Part shown: piece by piece, positions 28,454 through 41,651 of the stretch
Numbering within the stretch: position 1 is the first letter of the stretch
Layout of the letters: the number at the start of each line of letters is the position of its first letter
DNA from: Octopus vulgaris
Lineage: Eukaryota
DNA: 64,000 nucleotides
Reading direction: 5' to 3'
Assembly: GCA_951406725.2 (NCBI GenBank)
Contig: OX597825.1
Coordinates: 5,518,001-5,582,000, forward strand
Made by a program: the position numbers and the translations under genes
Notes under the pieces: generated by a model
Databases searched by the model: none
Seen by the model: only the letters and a program-made list of their open reading frames with translations
What the model was told of the DNA's origin: nothing

Positions 28454-31290
28454 TGTATACATATATATATACACATATATATATAACGGGAAGGTTTACA
28501 AAAATAAACAAAAGACGAAGGCAGGTGGAACACACACACACACATATATATGCATATATATATATATTTGCGGTATGACTCGAGAAGGCGACTTACTTCT
28601 TTTTTTTTTACTTTGTGTGTATGTTTATGGGTGTGTCTTGGGTATGCCTTTAACCTGTATCCGTTAGTGGGGACCCTTGCTCGGAAGTTCCAGAGTTTTG
28701 AGAAGTATGAAGCCATCTCTTAGCCACTATCGTTCCTAGATGTACTCCGACCCGGTGTAATAGCACTTCTCAGGGTCCCAGCTTTGAGTTAATCAGAATA
28801 TGGAAAGAGCTCCTAGCAGAAGTCGCCATCATCTTGTGAGTGCTTTGGAAAAGGGAAAAGCTGGGCGAGTCAACCCCAGGAGGAAATCAGGATGTGAAAG
28901 CCTTCAGGCAGTCCAACGACCCCTTTAGCGGCAGCTTTACGGAAACTGGGTGAAACTCTCCCGCCCTAGGTGAATTCACCTACGAGAAGATCTCTCCAAT
29001 GTACAACCTACAACTTGCTAGTCACTGCAATAGTCTTGGCCCATTGAGCTATTGTAGTCAGACAGCCAAGTTTTAAGGGTGGGATTGGAATTCACTACAA
29101 AACTACTAAGCGCAGATGGTAAGAAAAGCTCTGAAGCGTCAAGTCTCGGTTGACACAGCCACTTCAAGGCATGAGGCTCTTTCTCGTGATCTTTGGACAC
29201 ATTAAAAAAAACAACCATAAGAAAACTTGACATCTATATTTTTATAGCCATTTCTGTATAACTAATTTATAAATGCATTGATGGCCATTAACAACCGGCT
29301 GCCTGTCTGTTATTTTATTGTACTTCCAAACAAGCGCAAAAATTCGACATAAAGATATATATAGATTTGGCATGAAGTACACAAAGGTGTCTGTCGCTTT
29401 TCATTGAATGGACGATAAATGCTGTCTCCTGCATTATTGCTACAATTATCAGCCTTGTTAAATGCCTGGTTAGTCTTTTGATATCATTCATTCAAGAAAC
29501 TTCTTTTCAGTCAAGATCAATTTAAGATTCACTACTGTTCCCGCATGAAAATAATTATAAAGATCGCGTGCAAACAAAAACGTAACTCCACTTGTCAGAA
29601 CAACGAAAAACGACAACTCAGAAAGGATTATTTTGAAGATCAAAATAAGAAGCTAATGTGTTCTAGGGGTATACTTACACATACATTCATACATACATAC
29701 ATACTTACATACGTAGGTGCGTAAATACATATATACAAACATACATACATACTTACATCAGTTGGTTTTGTTAGTAAATGCTTAAGGGAGAATCTGGATA
29801 AACTGGGATTTTCAGAAAGAGAAACTGACCGGCTGATTGGTACATTACACGTGCAATTTGTGAGTGGAACAGTAAAAATATGCAAGATTTTACTCAAGTT
29901 CCAAATGTGAATTTGTCTGTGTTAAATACATCCCAAAGATGGAACCTTGTATCTTTGTTGGAAACCGGTTCCCTCCTCAGTGGAAGATTTATAATAACTA
30001 AAAAATAGAAGACATACATACATATATACATACATACATACATACACACGTACACACATACACATAGATATATACATACATACACACACATATATATATA
30101 TATTCATCATACATACATATATACATACATACGTACCCTGTTGATGTTGAAATTCCATGAAGGAGACTTGGATCAAAGTTAGAAACTGACTCTTTCTCTG
30201 TTGGCAAGAAATCTTGAAATAAAACTGAATAAAGACATACATACATACATACATACATACATACATACATACATACATACATACATACATACATACATAC
30301 ATACATACATCAGAGGCAATCTCTGTCAGCTGACGTCGTCTTTCGGCAAGACAAAAGGATCAGCTAAATTGCCCCTCGAAAATTACAGTTGGTAAACGGA
30401 ACGAAGGAAATATACAAAAACGTTTTCTAAAGTTCAACATGTAACTCCTCCACCCCCACCTTCGCTATTATCCAAATTCCAACAATCATTCTTACTTTGT
30501 TAGAAACTGGTTTCTTATTTATAGGAAGAATTCAAATAATTAAAAATAGAAAGGGCTGGAACGGTTGTAGCATTATATTCTCATCAGCCCACGACATTCA
30601 TAAAAATCTAAGGATGATTCATTGGCAATAATGGTTATTGTTGTTGTTATTGTTGTCATTGTTCACTTTGTTTGCTTTCGAATAGTCTAAGCCTTGAGAA
30701 ACTCACGTATATGTACGTCTTCTACGCACTTTATTTTCCCCAATAAAGTCTCTCTCTATATATCTCTCTCTCTCTCTATCTATCTATCTGTCTATCTGTC
30801 TAGTTCTCTTGTGTGTCTCTTTCTTATCTCTCTTTATTGAAACGCCATCGTCAAAGAAAATATTTACTTATTTCACACATCGTCCGAAGAATGTAAATTG
30901 CTGATGAAGTCTTGTCCTTCAAGTGACGGAAATCTTTTTTTAACACAGCGTAGGCTGGCCATCATTTCAGTTTTATCGACTCTACAAAAGAATGTGTATG
31001 TGTTTTGTATTGAACTTTAAAAAATGAATCCCGTTTCTCACGCCTTTTCTTTTTGGTCCTTTTTATTTCTTGTCATTTTTTCATTCAACGACCTTTCCCC
31101 TTTGCTACCATAAACCTGAATGTAAATTGTACTTTAGTAGGACCACCCACACACACACAGATGATGCAAACAGAAAATATAGAGCTCAAAACATGAGTAT
31201 ATCTGTTTTTCCTTAATAATCCGCAGATGTTAGAGCGACTCAAGGCCCGAAAGTTTCATGCGTTGGCTCTTATCAAACCCCTTTGATAAG

Positions 31291-31722
31291 GGCATCGGGC
31301 CACGTTCAGATACACGGTATTGACAAGTCACAAAAATGACGAAACGGCAATGTCTATCACTCTTCAATGAGACTTGATGCGAGGTTATCTCGTTCGTCTC
31401 TGACTTCCAGGTGTTTTTTAACACCAGGTTCACATTGAGAATATATTCTCTTACGCCTAAAAGCGTAGCCTACACACGAACTAGCAAAACACATGCCTTG
31501 AGTATGTATGTTTGATATTATCAATACCCCTCGTGCTGCTTCCAATACATATTTGAATTTTTTCCGTGGTATGAAACGTTGGGATGTACCACTAGATGGT
31601 TCTTACATCATTTTGCACATCGACACAGACAGCGATTTATCTTGCATTGGGCCTCGTTCGGCCACGCAGTATTAACAAGTCACAAAAATGACGAAATAAT
31701 GATACCTATCGCTCCTGAATGG
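31291..31722. repeat. Diverged about 80-bp direct repeat (31291-31370 and 31644-31722)
   Basis: Shared acaagtcacaaaaatgacgaaa core with similar flanks. Confidence 0.8.
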
Positions 31723-31804
31723 GAGTTATATCCCTCGAGTTACTTCTTACTCAGATAAATAAAGAGATTAATATACAAGTATATATATCTATCTATATTT
31801 CTCT

Positions 31805-31885
<81 letters not shown>

Positions 31886-32244
31886 TTGTTGTTCAGTGCT
31901 CGAAATGAGGAGTAGACAGGCAACCGACAACAGACGAAGGGTCGTTCTTTATGTTATTTGTCCTGTTTTCCATGTTTCTCCCGTTGTTTGTGAATTCAAC
32001 TCATTTGTTTTCGTATTTCATGTTGTTTACTGTTTGTGACGTCCCGTACCCATATATGCTAATATATATATTATAGAATTTCAAGGTGGAGGTGCTTATC
32101 TCCCCTGTTTGAAAGCTTAAGAACACAGAACGCTTGTGTTTCACACAGCCAACTGGAAACGATGTTTCCTGGGGCTAAATAGCAATAGAATTCTTCCCTT
32201 TCCTGGGACTGCCAGATTAAGTTGGCAACAAACCATCACTTCAT

Positions 32245-32356
<112 letters not shown>

Positions 32357-32422
32357 TTTTTAATTTATATTTTATTTTATCTAAGTTTCAGCTCACGAGC
32401 TGAGGCCATGCTGGGGCACGGC

Positions 32423-32461
<39 letters not shown>

Positions 32462-33300
32462 ATTCAAATTTACAGAAAACAAAAGACGAAGACACGGGAG
32501 GGAACAAGAAGTAGGTGTATTAGTTTGAGGCTCTTCGAAAGATAGGACTGAGAGGGGGAAATGGAGAGAAAGCCAAAAAAATACGGAGAGAAAGAAAATG
32601 TGTAGGGATTAATAGTACAACATGGTGAAAATTCCTTGGTCCATGGAATTATTTTCTTGCTTGAAACCACTCCGAGATGCACAAAATGTTGATGACTGCT
32701 AATGTAACTGACTAATTCCGACGATCTGTCGTTTACAAGATTCAGTATATTGTCAACAAACTATTTTATTTATTGATTGTATTATCTTCTCTTTTTCACT
32801 TCCTTCCATTTTACCTGAGTTTAAATTTATTTGTTGTTATACACGTTTGAACCAGACCCAGAACTAGTACGTGTGTCAGTGTGTTTATAAACACACTGAC
32901 GCATGTTATTTCGCCTGGGGAAAACCGTTAAAGCAAAACCCAGATCCCTTATTAAGAAGCATGCCAGTCGGCTCTTCGCTGTTTACAGGAGTAACCCCCC
33001 CTTACCCCAGAGCCATATCAGGAAATGACCACAACATGTTATTTCCCCAAGCTGGTAGGAAGAAGATGTGGTTGAGGGAAATTTGGCTGCTATTCATTCG
33101 AGATTGAACGATCATGCAGAAACCTTTTTTTTTTCAGAAGACTCGATCAGAACCAACGTTCAGCAGATGTGGATGCTCGCGCACGTATGTGTGTGAATAT
33201 ATGTCTGCTTGGGTGTGTGTATGTGTGTGTGTGTGTGTGTGTGAGTGTAAGTGCATCTGCGTGTGCGCGCCTCTATGTGTATGTGTCTGTCTGTGTATAC

Positions 33301-33535
33301 CTATTTCTTTATTGCCCACGAGAGGCTAAACACAGAGGGGACAAACAAGGACAGACAAAGGGGATTAAGTCGATTACATCGACCCCAGTGCGTAACTGGT
33401 ACTTAATTTATCGACCCCGAAAGGATGAAAGGCAAAGTTGACCTCGGCGGAATTTGAACTCAGAATGTAACGGCAGACGAAATACAGCTACGCATTTCGC
33501 CCGGCGTGCTAACGTTTCTGCCAGCCCGCCGCCTT
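33301..33535 (-). mobile_element. SINE family A (A2 tail)
   Basis: Full length; imperfect TSD ctgt.tg.gtatac. Confidence 0.9.
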
Positions 33536-34291
33536 CTGTTTGCGTATACCGGTGTGTTTGTGTACGTGCGAGCAAACGATATCTGTATGTACGTGTGTCT
33601 AAATATATCAGCGTATCCGTGTGTCTGTGTGTGCGAGTCTTCGTCCCCACGTGCCTCTTTGTGTCTCCTATCGGCCGTCATGGGTGTGCCTCTGTGTCTA
33701 TCTACGTCTCGTTCTTTCTCTGTAATGTTTCGCTTTCCAATTGATAGCTTCTGTATGACAGCCATATCAAATGGGCCTATAAATCGTGTAACAGTTTGTT
33801 TCAAAGAAGTCGGTTGCAAAATACTTGTTTTATATAAAACAGCGATGACATTGCAAGTTTGAATTCAGTTCACACACCCTTTTCTTTTCACTTCCTTTTC
33901 ATTATACAAGCAGAAATATTTCGTGTTATATATGCGTCTTCGCCCATGTCTGTGTGTTTATGTATGGACATGAATGTATTTTGTCGAATGAGATGTCGTT
34001 ATGAGTTAGGTGGCGTGTCAGTCACACACCTCTCATGTTGTGAAGCTTTGTTATAAGAGAAGGGATGACAATAAAAGCTGGTGGCATATCTTAGCAATAC
34101 ATTCCTTGGGTGTGAACGAAAAGGCAAGTGCGTGCGAGAAATATTGCGTAAGCCGACGTTAAATTTAGTTCATTCCGATGCAGGCTTTTATCTAGGCATA
34201 CGTGTGCAAGGGTATTTGTGAATAGAATACACACGCACACTTACACACATACAGACACATACAGACACACATATTCATGTATACACACATA

Positions 34292-34325
<34 letters not shown>

Positions 34326-34340
34326 TATAGATATATATAT

Positions 34341-34388
<48 letters not shown>

Positions 34389-34660
34389 TTGTGTCTGCTT
34401 GTGTCTGTGCGTGTGTGTGTGTGTGTGTGTGCTTGTGTGTGTACGTGTGTGTTTGTGTGTGTGTCACAAAATAGCAAAACTTACAGTGTGTCTCCGCAAG
34501 AGTTCCGTTCATCTGCGATGCACAAAATTCTCAGCCTTTAGAGTCACTTCTACCGATTCATAAAAAAACATAATTTTTTTTTGTATTGCTAAAAATATAG
34601 AAAGACAGACAGATAACATATACACACTTACGTATATCTCTGTATCTTTCCTTCTCCTAT

Positions 34661-34695
34661 GTTTCCGACGAAGAGCTCCGCTCGAAACGTTAAAC
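34661..34695 (+). ncRNA. Ultra-minimal HHR-like motif in a TA-terminated module (about 34640-34787)
   Basis: gttt-CCGACGA-agagc tcc gctc-GAAAC-GTT-aaac; stem III reduced to the palindrome ACGT. Confidence 0.65.
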
Positions 34696-34781
34696 CCTCC
34701 TTCTTTCCTGAGCGTCCAATAATACTACATTTGTTCCACGTCCTAACGTTGTTGTGTTTTTTGTGCTTTCTTGTTGAATTA

Positions 34782-34845
<64 letters not shown>

Positions 34846-34847
34846 TT

Positions 34848-35138
34848 GTGGAGGCGCAATGGCCCAGTGGTTAGGGCAGCAGTTTCGATTCCCAGACCGG
34901 GCGTTGTGAGTGTTTATTGAGCGAAATCTCCTAAAGCTCCACGAGGCTCCGGCAGGGAGTGATGGCGATCCCTGCTGTACTCTTTTGCCACAACTTTCTC
35001 TCAGTCTTTGTTCTGTTGGCCTGCTTGCTTAGCCAGCGGGGTGGCGTCATTTGAAGGCTAAAACAATGCGAAGCGCATTGTGACCAGCGATGTGTAGCAA
35101 CATCTGATAGCCTGGTCGGTCACAGTGATCACGGTGAT
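34848..35138 (+). mobile_element. SINE family C, tail type 1 (internal deletion in the head)
   Basis: gtggaggcgcaatggcccagtggttagggcagc...ttcgattcccagaccgggcg shared with the copies ending at 52756 (-) and starting at 53320 (+). Confidence 0.85.
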
Positions 35139-35149
35139 ATAATAATAAT

Positions 35150-35325
35150 ATCGAAAAATACCTTAGGAATGAGAAGAACCCAGGTTCGAAATTTCCCCAA
35201 GACACTTGAAGAAGGCTGGAGGATATATCAGTCGAAATGTTGTGTTAGAAACAAACAAGCTGAGGACAAATATCCGTCAATTGTAAATAATGTAAATGAT
35301 TCCTCATCTCTTGAATATAGAACTA
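35150..35325 (+). mobile_element. PLE-derived module with degenerate HHR (second copy at 39514-39592)
   Basis: acac-TTGAAGA-aggctg...cagtc-GAAAT-GTT-gtgt at 35202-35245; downstream tgaggacaaatatccgtcaa.tgtaaataatgtaaatgat shared with about 39547-39587. Confidence 0.65.
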
Positions 35326-35669
35326 TAACAGCTGAAATGTGTTTCGCGGTATTTGTCCCAGCTCTCCATGCTCTGAGGTCCAATCCCGCTTGAGTCAGCT
35401 TTGTCGTTCGTGCGAAGTGAAAAAAACAAAACAATACAAAGTACTTGTCAATGGTGCCTGCTTACCATTCATTACTGCATGCTTACAGGAATGAATGAAT
35501 GAACGAATGAACGAATGAATGAATGAATGAATGAATCACTCAATCAATGATGAGAGTCGAACAGACCATGTGAATGACTATTGCCTGTTAATGAACTCTA
35601 ATGAAAAATTGATCATTTATCCCAAACGATGATCTGCATGTTGTACACGCACTTAAGTCGACTTATCCA

Positions 35670-35880
35670 TACTGCTTTCTACTATAAGCACAAGTCCTAA
35701 AATTTGGTGAGCGAGGTCTTTCCCATTGCATCGACCTCAATGCTCAGCTGGTACTTATTGGATATAATTCCGAACACCAAAGTCGACCTCGGTTGAATTG
35801 CAATTCAGAACATAAGGGCCGCTGAGATCCCGCTGTTTTATTTTCTCTCGCGTGCAAACGATTCTGCTTGCTCGCCACCC
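35670..35880 (-). mobile_element. Degenerate family A SINE
   Basis: Diverged reverse-complement match (ctggtacttatt, aaagtcgacctcgg, cgattctgc..gctcgcc). Confidence 0.65.
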
Positions 35881-36100
35881 TAAGTCGACCGCCTAACGAC
35901 AGGAACTGTATTTATGCCAATACCTATCTTATCAATCAACAAATCTATCCATCTATTTATCTATCTATTTATCTGTTTATCTCTCTCTCTCTCTCTCTCT
36001 CTCTCCACACACACACGCACACACACACATACGCAAACACACATATACACACACACACACATACACACATACCCCCCCCACACACACACACGTATATATA

Positions 36101-36408
36101 TATTGTTGTGGCTGGGGAGAGTCATTCTCTTTCAGTGCCTTATGATTTAACACACGCACTGGTAAAATTTCCACTCATGTACTTATTTATTTTTTTTTTA
36201 AATATTGTTAATAGTTGTTAACTCTGAAAAGGTTGCAAGACGCAACGAACATTTTAGGAAAAATAAATAAGTAAAAGAGGGGAAATTTTACCAGTGCGTG
36301 TGTTAAATTATAAGACACTAAAACAGAATGACCCTCCCCAGACAACAAAATATGCTTCAACACACGAACTCGCATAAAGACTCTTGCAAACCAAATCCGA
36401 AAATGAAA
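36101..36408. mobile_element. TA-flanked palindromic element (about 110-bp arms) with an HHR-like hairpin; partial copies at about 42970-43105, 43400-43535 and 63960-63980
   Basis: 36101-36215 is the approximate reverse complement of 36240-36352; CTGAAAA-ggttgc aagac gcaac-GAAC at 36224-36250. Confidence 0.75.
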
Positions 36409-36415
36409 TATATAT

Positions 36416-36474
<59 letters not shown>

Positions 36475-36492
36475 TATATATGCATAAATATA

Positions 36493-36532
<40 letters not shown>

Positions 36533-36535
36533 TAC

Positions 36536-36595
<60 letters not shown>

Positions 36596-36631
36596 TATAC
36601 ATATACATATAGGTGTGCGTGCATGCGCGTA

Positions 36632-36683
<52 letters not shown>

Positions 36684-37417
36684 GGTGTTTGTATGCGAGT
36701 GTTTGTGTGCATGTGTTTACAATATATGTAGATAGATTGTTATATGTATATAAACTCATTCTAAAGGAGAAAAAAATGGCTCGCACCGCAGTCTTTTCTA
36801 CTCCATTGCCTAGAAATCTTTAACTGTTAGAAATGGTTGAAGGTCAACAATCATTTTGGCTTAACGTAGCAAGTTTTAATTCAGACCGGCATTCGGGGTC
36901 TTTTACCATGGCTACAGGACAAGAGTACACATCAATCAACAACGGACTCAAAACGTACTCGGTCACTGTCTCAAGGATTTCTAGGTGCTGCGCGCGTACA
37001 TATGCCTAAGTCCTTTGCGCCTAATATTTCTAAGTCCTACATGTTGCTATACAATAACGTTGAGACAACGTTGAGTTCACCCGCCCGTTGACAGGGTAAG
37101 CTTTTGTTTCGCTGGTTTGATTGTTTTGGCGCTGACGACCCCGGCTTACGCAACAGGTTATTGTACTAGATTACATGTCTAGCATTTAGCATTTTAGGAG
37201 TGACTGGAAATATATACGGTTAGCAGTGTGTCTGTGTGTGTGTGTGTATGTGTGTATGTGCGTATGTGCGTGTACGTGAATGTGTCTGTCTGTTCAAATC
37301 CATGTTTATGAATACACACATACACACCACACACACATACGCATTAGTAAATATCTGCATATGAGATGTATATGCACACGCGCATCTGTGCTTGCACACA
37401 CACACACACACATATAA

Positions 37418-37625
37418 CTTTACTTGTTTCAGTGATTTGACTGCTGCCATGCTGGAGCACGGCCTTGAAAAGTTTTAGTCAAAGAAATCCGTCCCAGGAC
37501 TTATTCTTCGTAAGCCTAGAACTAATTCTGTCGTCTCTTTTGCTGAACCGCAACGTTACGGGGACGCAAACACACTTATATCGGTTGTCAAGCGGTGGAG
37601 GCAGGACAAACACAAACACACACAG
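37418..37625 (-). mobile_element. SINE family B, 3' half
   Basis: Match to the family B tail and body. Confidence 0.8.
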
Positions 37626-37631
37626 AACTAT

Positions 37632-37684
<53 letters not shown>

Positions 37685-37992
37685 TAAACACACAAATATA
37701 TATATATACATATACATAGACATTTACATATATATATATACATAAAACATATGTATATATATATGCATATATATATGTGCGTGTAAGGATGCATACATGG
37801 GTAGATACATACGTATATACATGAATGCATACAAACATACATACATACATATATTCATATTTATACATATACATACATATATATATATGTACAATGTATA
37901 AAACATACTCCCTATGTTTAAAATTTGGCTCCAGGTGAAACAAGTTTGCGATCCAATTTCTGTGTCCGGTTGCGTAGATAACGTGTGTGTGA

Positions 37993-38059
<67 letters not shown>

Positions 38060-38181
38060 CACACACATGTGTATAAAGGGAGACAGACAGACAGACAGAC
38101 ATTACTTTAAATCTGTGTATACACTTGAAGTATATGTGTGTGCGAATTGTATATGATAATATGAAATTTGGTTAATTACAG

Positions 38182-38288
<107 letters not shown>

Positions 38289-38469
38289 TAGTGTGTGCGC
38301 ACGTGTGATTATGGTGTAGGAAAATAGCCTTTTACAAACTGAAGTTAAGATATAAAGACTGGTTCACGTTTGATCTTGGAAGAAACGTTTTAATATTCAT
38401 GAGGAAAGTTGTGAAATAATTGCAAAAAGATAGAAAAATGATGGGGCTAGAGGGAACAATATACGCAAG

Positions 38470-38840
38470 GGGGTGGTGGTGGTGGTGGTCGCGCCGGCGG
38501 CGGTGGTGGTGGCGGCGGCGGTAGTGGTGGTGGTGGTGGTGGTGATGGTGGTCGTGGTGGTGGTCGTGGTCGTGGTCGTGGTGGTCGTCGTCGTCGTGGT
38601 CGTGGTGGTGGTGGTGGTGGTGGTGGTAGTGGTGGTGGTGGTGACAATGATGATGGAAGAGAAATAAGGGTGTAGTCTTGGAGGTAGTCGTAGTTCTGTT
38701 GGGGAATGATGATGAAGGTGATGGTTGCGACGACAACGACGTCGACGGGGTTGATGACGGTAACGACTACGATGACGACGATGACGATGATGATGATGAG
38801 GATGGCTATGATGCTACTGCTGATGATGATGCTGATGTGG
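38470..38840. repeat. Compound trinucleotide repeat (GGT/GGC/GTC/GAT)n
   Basis: Directly visible; produces spurious poly-His, poly-Pro, poly-Val and poly-Asp ORFs. Confidence 0.92.
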
Positions 38841-39587
38841 ATGTACATAATCGATATTTTTTGTCTGTTGTTGGCAACCTGTCATGCAATCTTTTCTTTA
38901 TTTTTTCTAGCTCTCTTCTTTAATCGTGCTCTCCCTAACTTACTTATAAGAAACCTGTAATCGATACCGCATGAAATGATCGATATTTGATCAAATGTTA
39001 AGCGTTAACGCACTATTAAAATATCTTTTCAAGCAAATTTCTTATCAAGCAAAAAGATCGATTAATTTATTTCATCTCACGCCGAATTCCCCCAACAAAA
39101 TGCACGGTTTTGTGCCTGTGGTTGAATTCAAAACAGAACAAAATAAAATTTACAATCCATTCACCCATCCACCCATCTTTTCCGCCCACAATTCCTGAGA
39201 GACCTGTTGGGTAGAGTCCTCGGGGACCCCTCTCCCTGAAGTCCAATCATTAGACTTTCCGTTTGGATTCTCAAACCTGACCAACTTAAACCATGGTCAA
39301 ATTTGGTTGTTTCCTACTAGATCGTCTTCGGGGGCCTGGGACATGCATCCTTTGTGCTCCAACCTCAAACCTCCAAGAACAAGTTGCAGGTTTGATCCTG
39401 ATTATACAAGCATTAAGTTGAGACTGCAACATATTTTTCGAACGGACCCCTTCCCTTAAGATCCGAATGCGCCCCTTGTCAACCAGTGCGACGGATGATG
39501 CAGTACGATTATCTCAGCCGAAACGTTGTGCTAACAACACTCAAGATGAGGACAAATATCCGTCAAATGTAAATAATGTAAATGATG

Positions 39588-39634
<47 letters not shown>

Positions 39635-39923
39635 TTATTATTATTTGAGGGAATAAAATCCAAACTTACAAGGAAAAAAATTCAATTTAGAAATACTAAA
39701 TCAAATTTCACAAAATGTAATATATATATCAAAACTTAGAAAAAAACCCCACCTTTTATCAATTCAAAATGAACAATTAAATTACACCATCTAGAAAATT
39801 ACATATAATAGAAAAATTAAGATTAAAATAACAATAAAATGTAAAAGGTTAAGTAAATTGCAAAAGATAATCATAAAAACGTATATAATAGGTAGAAAAA
39901 CGACACGTTAATTAATAAATATA

Positions 39924-39955
<32 letters not shown>

Positions 39956-40263
39956 CTTTTATATATATATATATATATATATATGAAAATCCTAAATATG
40001 CATAAGTTAAAAATAAAATAATACTTAAATAATTAAATACTTTAAAGTTAAATAAAATACATAAAGCCAGTACAAGTCATTAAATTGTAGTCAAAATATG
40101 AAATGGTTCAAATATAGACAAACTCCTTAAATAAGCTAACCATATAATAAATATACATGTGTAGTATCTATAGATTTAATATAACAATCTATAACAAAGT
40201 TGACTAAATATCAAATAATATAATACCTAAATAACTTAAAATTTAATATTACAAATACATAAG

Positions 40264-40300
<37 letters not shown>

Positions 40301-40309
40301 CCATGTTGA

Positions 40310-40370
<61 letters not shown>

Positions 40371-40374
<4 letters not shown>

Positions 40375-40590
40375 CACCTGGACAAATTTTGGCATTGTAA
40401 GCACACCAATGTAGAACGGGACGACACTGTATAGTGCCAAAGATCCACAACAGCCCAAAGCCCACAGCTATATTCTCCCAAAGAGTCTGTTGACAAAGTA
40501 TGTAGCGGTTTTTAAATCAAAGCTGACATCTTCTGTCAAGAGTCCCAGATGAACCTACCCGGCAAGAGGTGCAAATGAGAGAGCTGTATA
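40371..40590 (+). mobile_element. CR1/L2-group LINE 3' ORF fragment between (TA)n tracts
   Basis: Reads RTGRHCIVPKI...PQL..ILPKSL...VFKSKL...SRVPDEPT across frameshifts, typical of CR1-group ORF2 C-termini. Confidence 0.6.
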
Positions 40591-40596
40591 TACCAA

Positions 40597-40666
<70 letters not shown>

Positions 40667-40961
40667 ATAATTAATATCTATCGTAACTAAAATCTATAAA
40701 TATATGTAAAAATATATAAAAAGATATAATAGCGAGAATAATATGTTAATGGAAAGTAAGAAAACCTATCAACCCCAAATTAAAGAAAGGTTCAAAAATA
40801 TTAGAAGCAAAGAACAATACACTATGAAGATGTACAATCACAATCAGCAGTCCTCTACAAAACCAGTCAATAACAATAACAATAATCGTTGTTATTATAT
40901 ACATATATATATATATACGCCCACACACACACACATATATATACATATAAATAAATGCATA

Positions 40962-41285
40962 CGTCGTCGTGGCATTCCGTCGGTTACAACGACAAGTGTC
41001 CCAGCTGATACGATCAATGGAACAGCTTGCTTGTGAAATTAACGTGCAAGTGGCTGAGTACTCCACAGACACGTGTACCCTTAAGGTAGTTCTCAGAGAG
41101 ATTCAGTGTGATAAGACTGGCCCTTTTTTGAAATACAGGTACTACTCATTTTTGCCAGCTGAGTGGACTGTAGCAAACATGAAATAAAGTGTCTTGCTCA
41201 AGGACACAATACGTCGCCGGGAATCGAACTCACAACCTTACGATCATGAGCCGAATGCCCTAACCACTAAGCCACGCCCCCTCAC
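40962..41285 (-). mobile_element. SINE family D (tRNA-like head, CORE-like body), full length
   Basis: Reverse complement: ggcgtggcttagtggttagggc...gtgagttcgattccc, gtccttgagcaagacactttatttca; related copies at about 46175-46290 (-), 49825-50065 (+) and 51562-51797 (+). Confidence 0.85.
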
Positions 41286-41439
41286 TATATTTATATATAT
41301 ATATATATAATACTCTCCATCCAACCAATTTTGACGTCATTGCTTATAACGGAATATTTTAAAGAAACACTCATTATCACTGTGGACACCATGTGGGCAG
41401 TCATCTAAAAGTTTTTGTTCGTCATGATGCTGACATAGG

Positions 41440-41538
41440 TTCCTTTTCTTTCCTGATGAGAAGGCGGCATAATGCACCCTTTATTCCTTCGGAATTAAAA
41501 ATATGCAGTCTTCGAAACATATGTCGAGAGTAAAGGAA
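41440..41538 (+). ncRNA. Type I hammerhead ribozyme motif with canonical core and GUC site, in a TA-flanked module (about 41310-41575)
   Basis: ttccttttctttc-CTGATGA-gaaggc...gtcttc-GAAAC-atat-GTC-gagagtaaaggaa; about 12-bp stem I, 6-bp stem II, palindromic ATAT loop III. Confidence 0.85.
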
Positions 41539-41651
41539 TTTTGTTAAAATCGTCGTTCGACTCCATTCTTTCATTTATATATATATATACATGCATATAT
41601 ATACGTACGCGAGCGCGTACACACACTCATACACACACGCGCGCACACAAA

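Noticed and set aside
28630-29000. Possible LINE 5' UTR-like GC-richer block (and weak LINE-like traces at 5340-5520, 22150-22540 and 60070-60320)
   Set aside because: Too degenerate and single-copy in this window to support a call without a search.
30900-30940. CTGATGA...GGAAA hammerhead-like string
   Set aside because: No stem III/NUH site or stem I complement.
36833-37100. Short ORF MVEGQQSFW... and a G|GTAAGC donor-like site
   Set aside because: No recognisable homology and the ORF stops before the donor; insufficient support for an exon.
38332-38960. Poly-His, poly-Pro, poly-Val and poly-Asp ORFs
   Set aside because: Trinucleotide repeats open in several frames on both strands; no flanking coding context.
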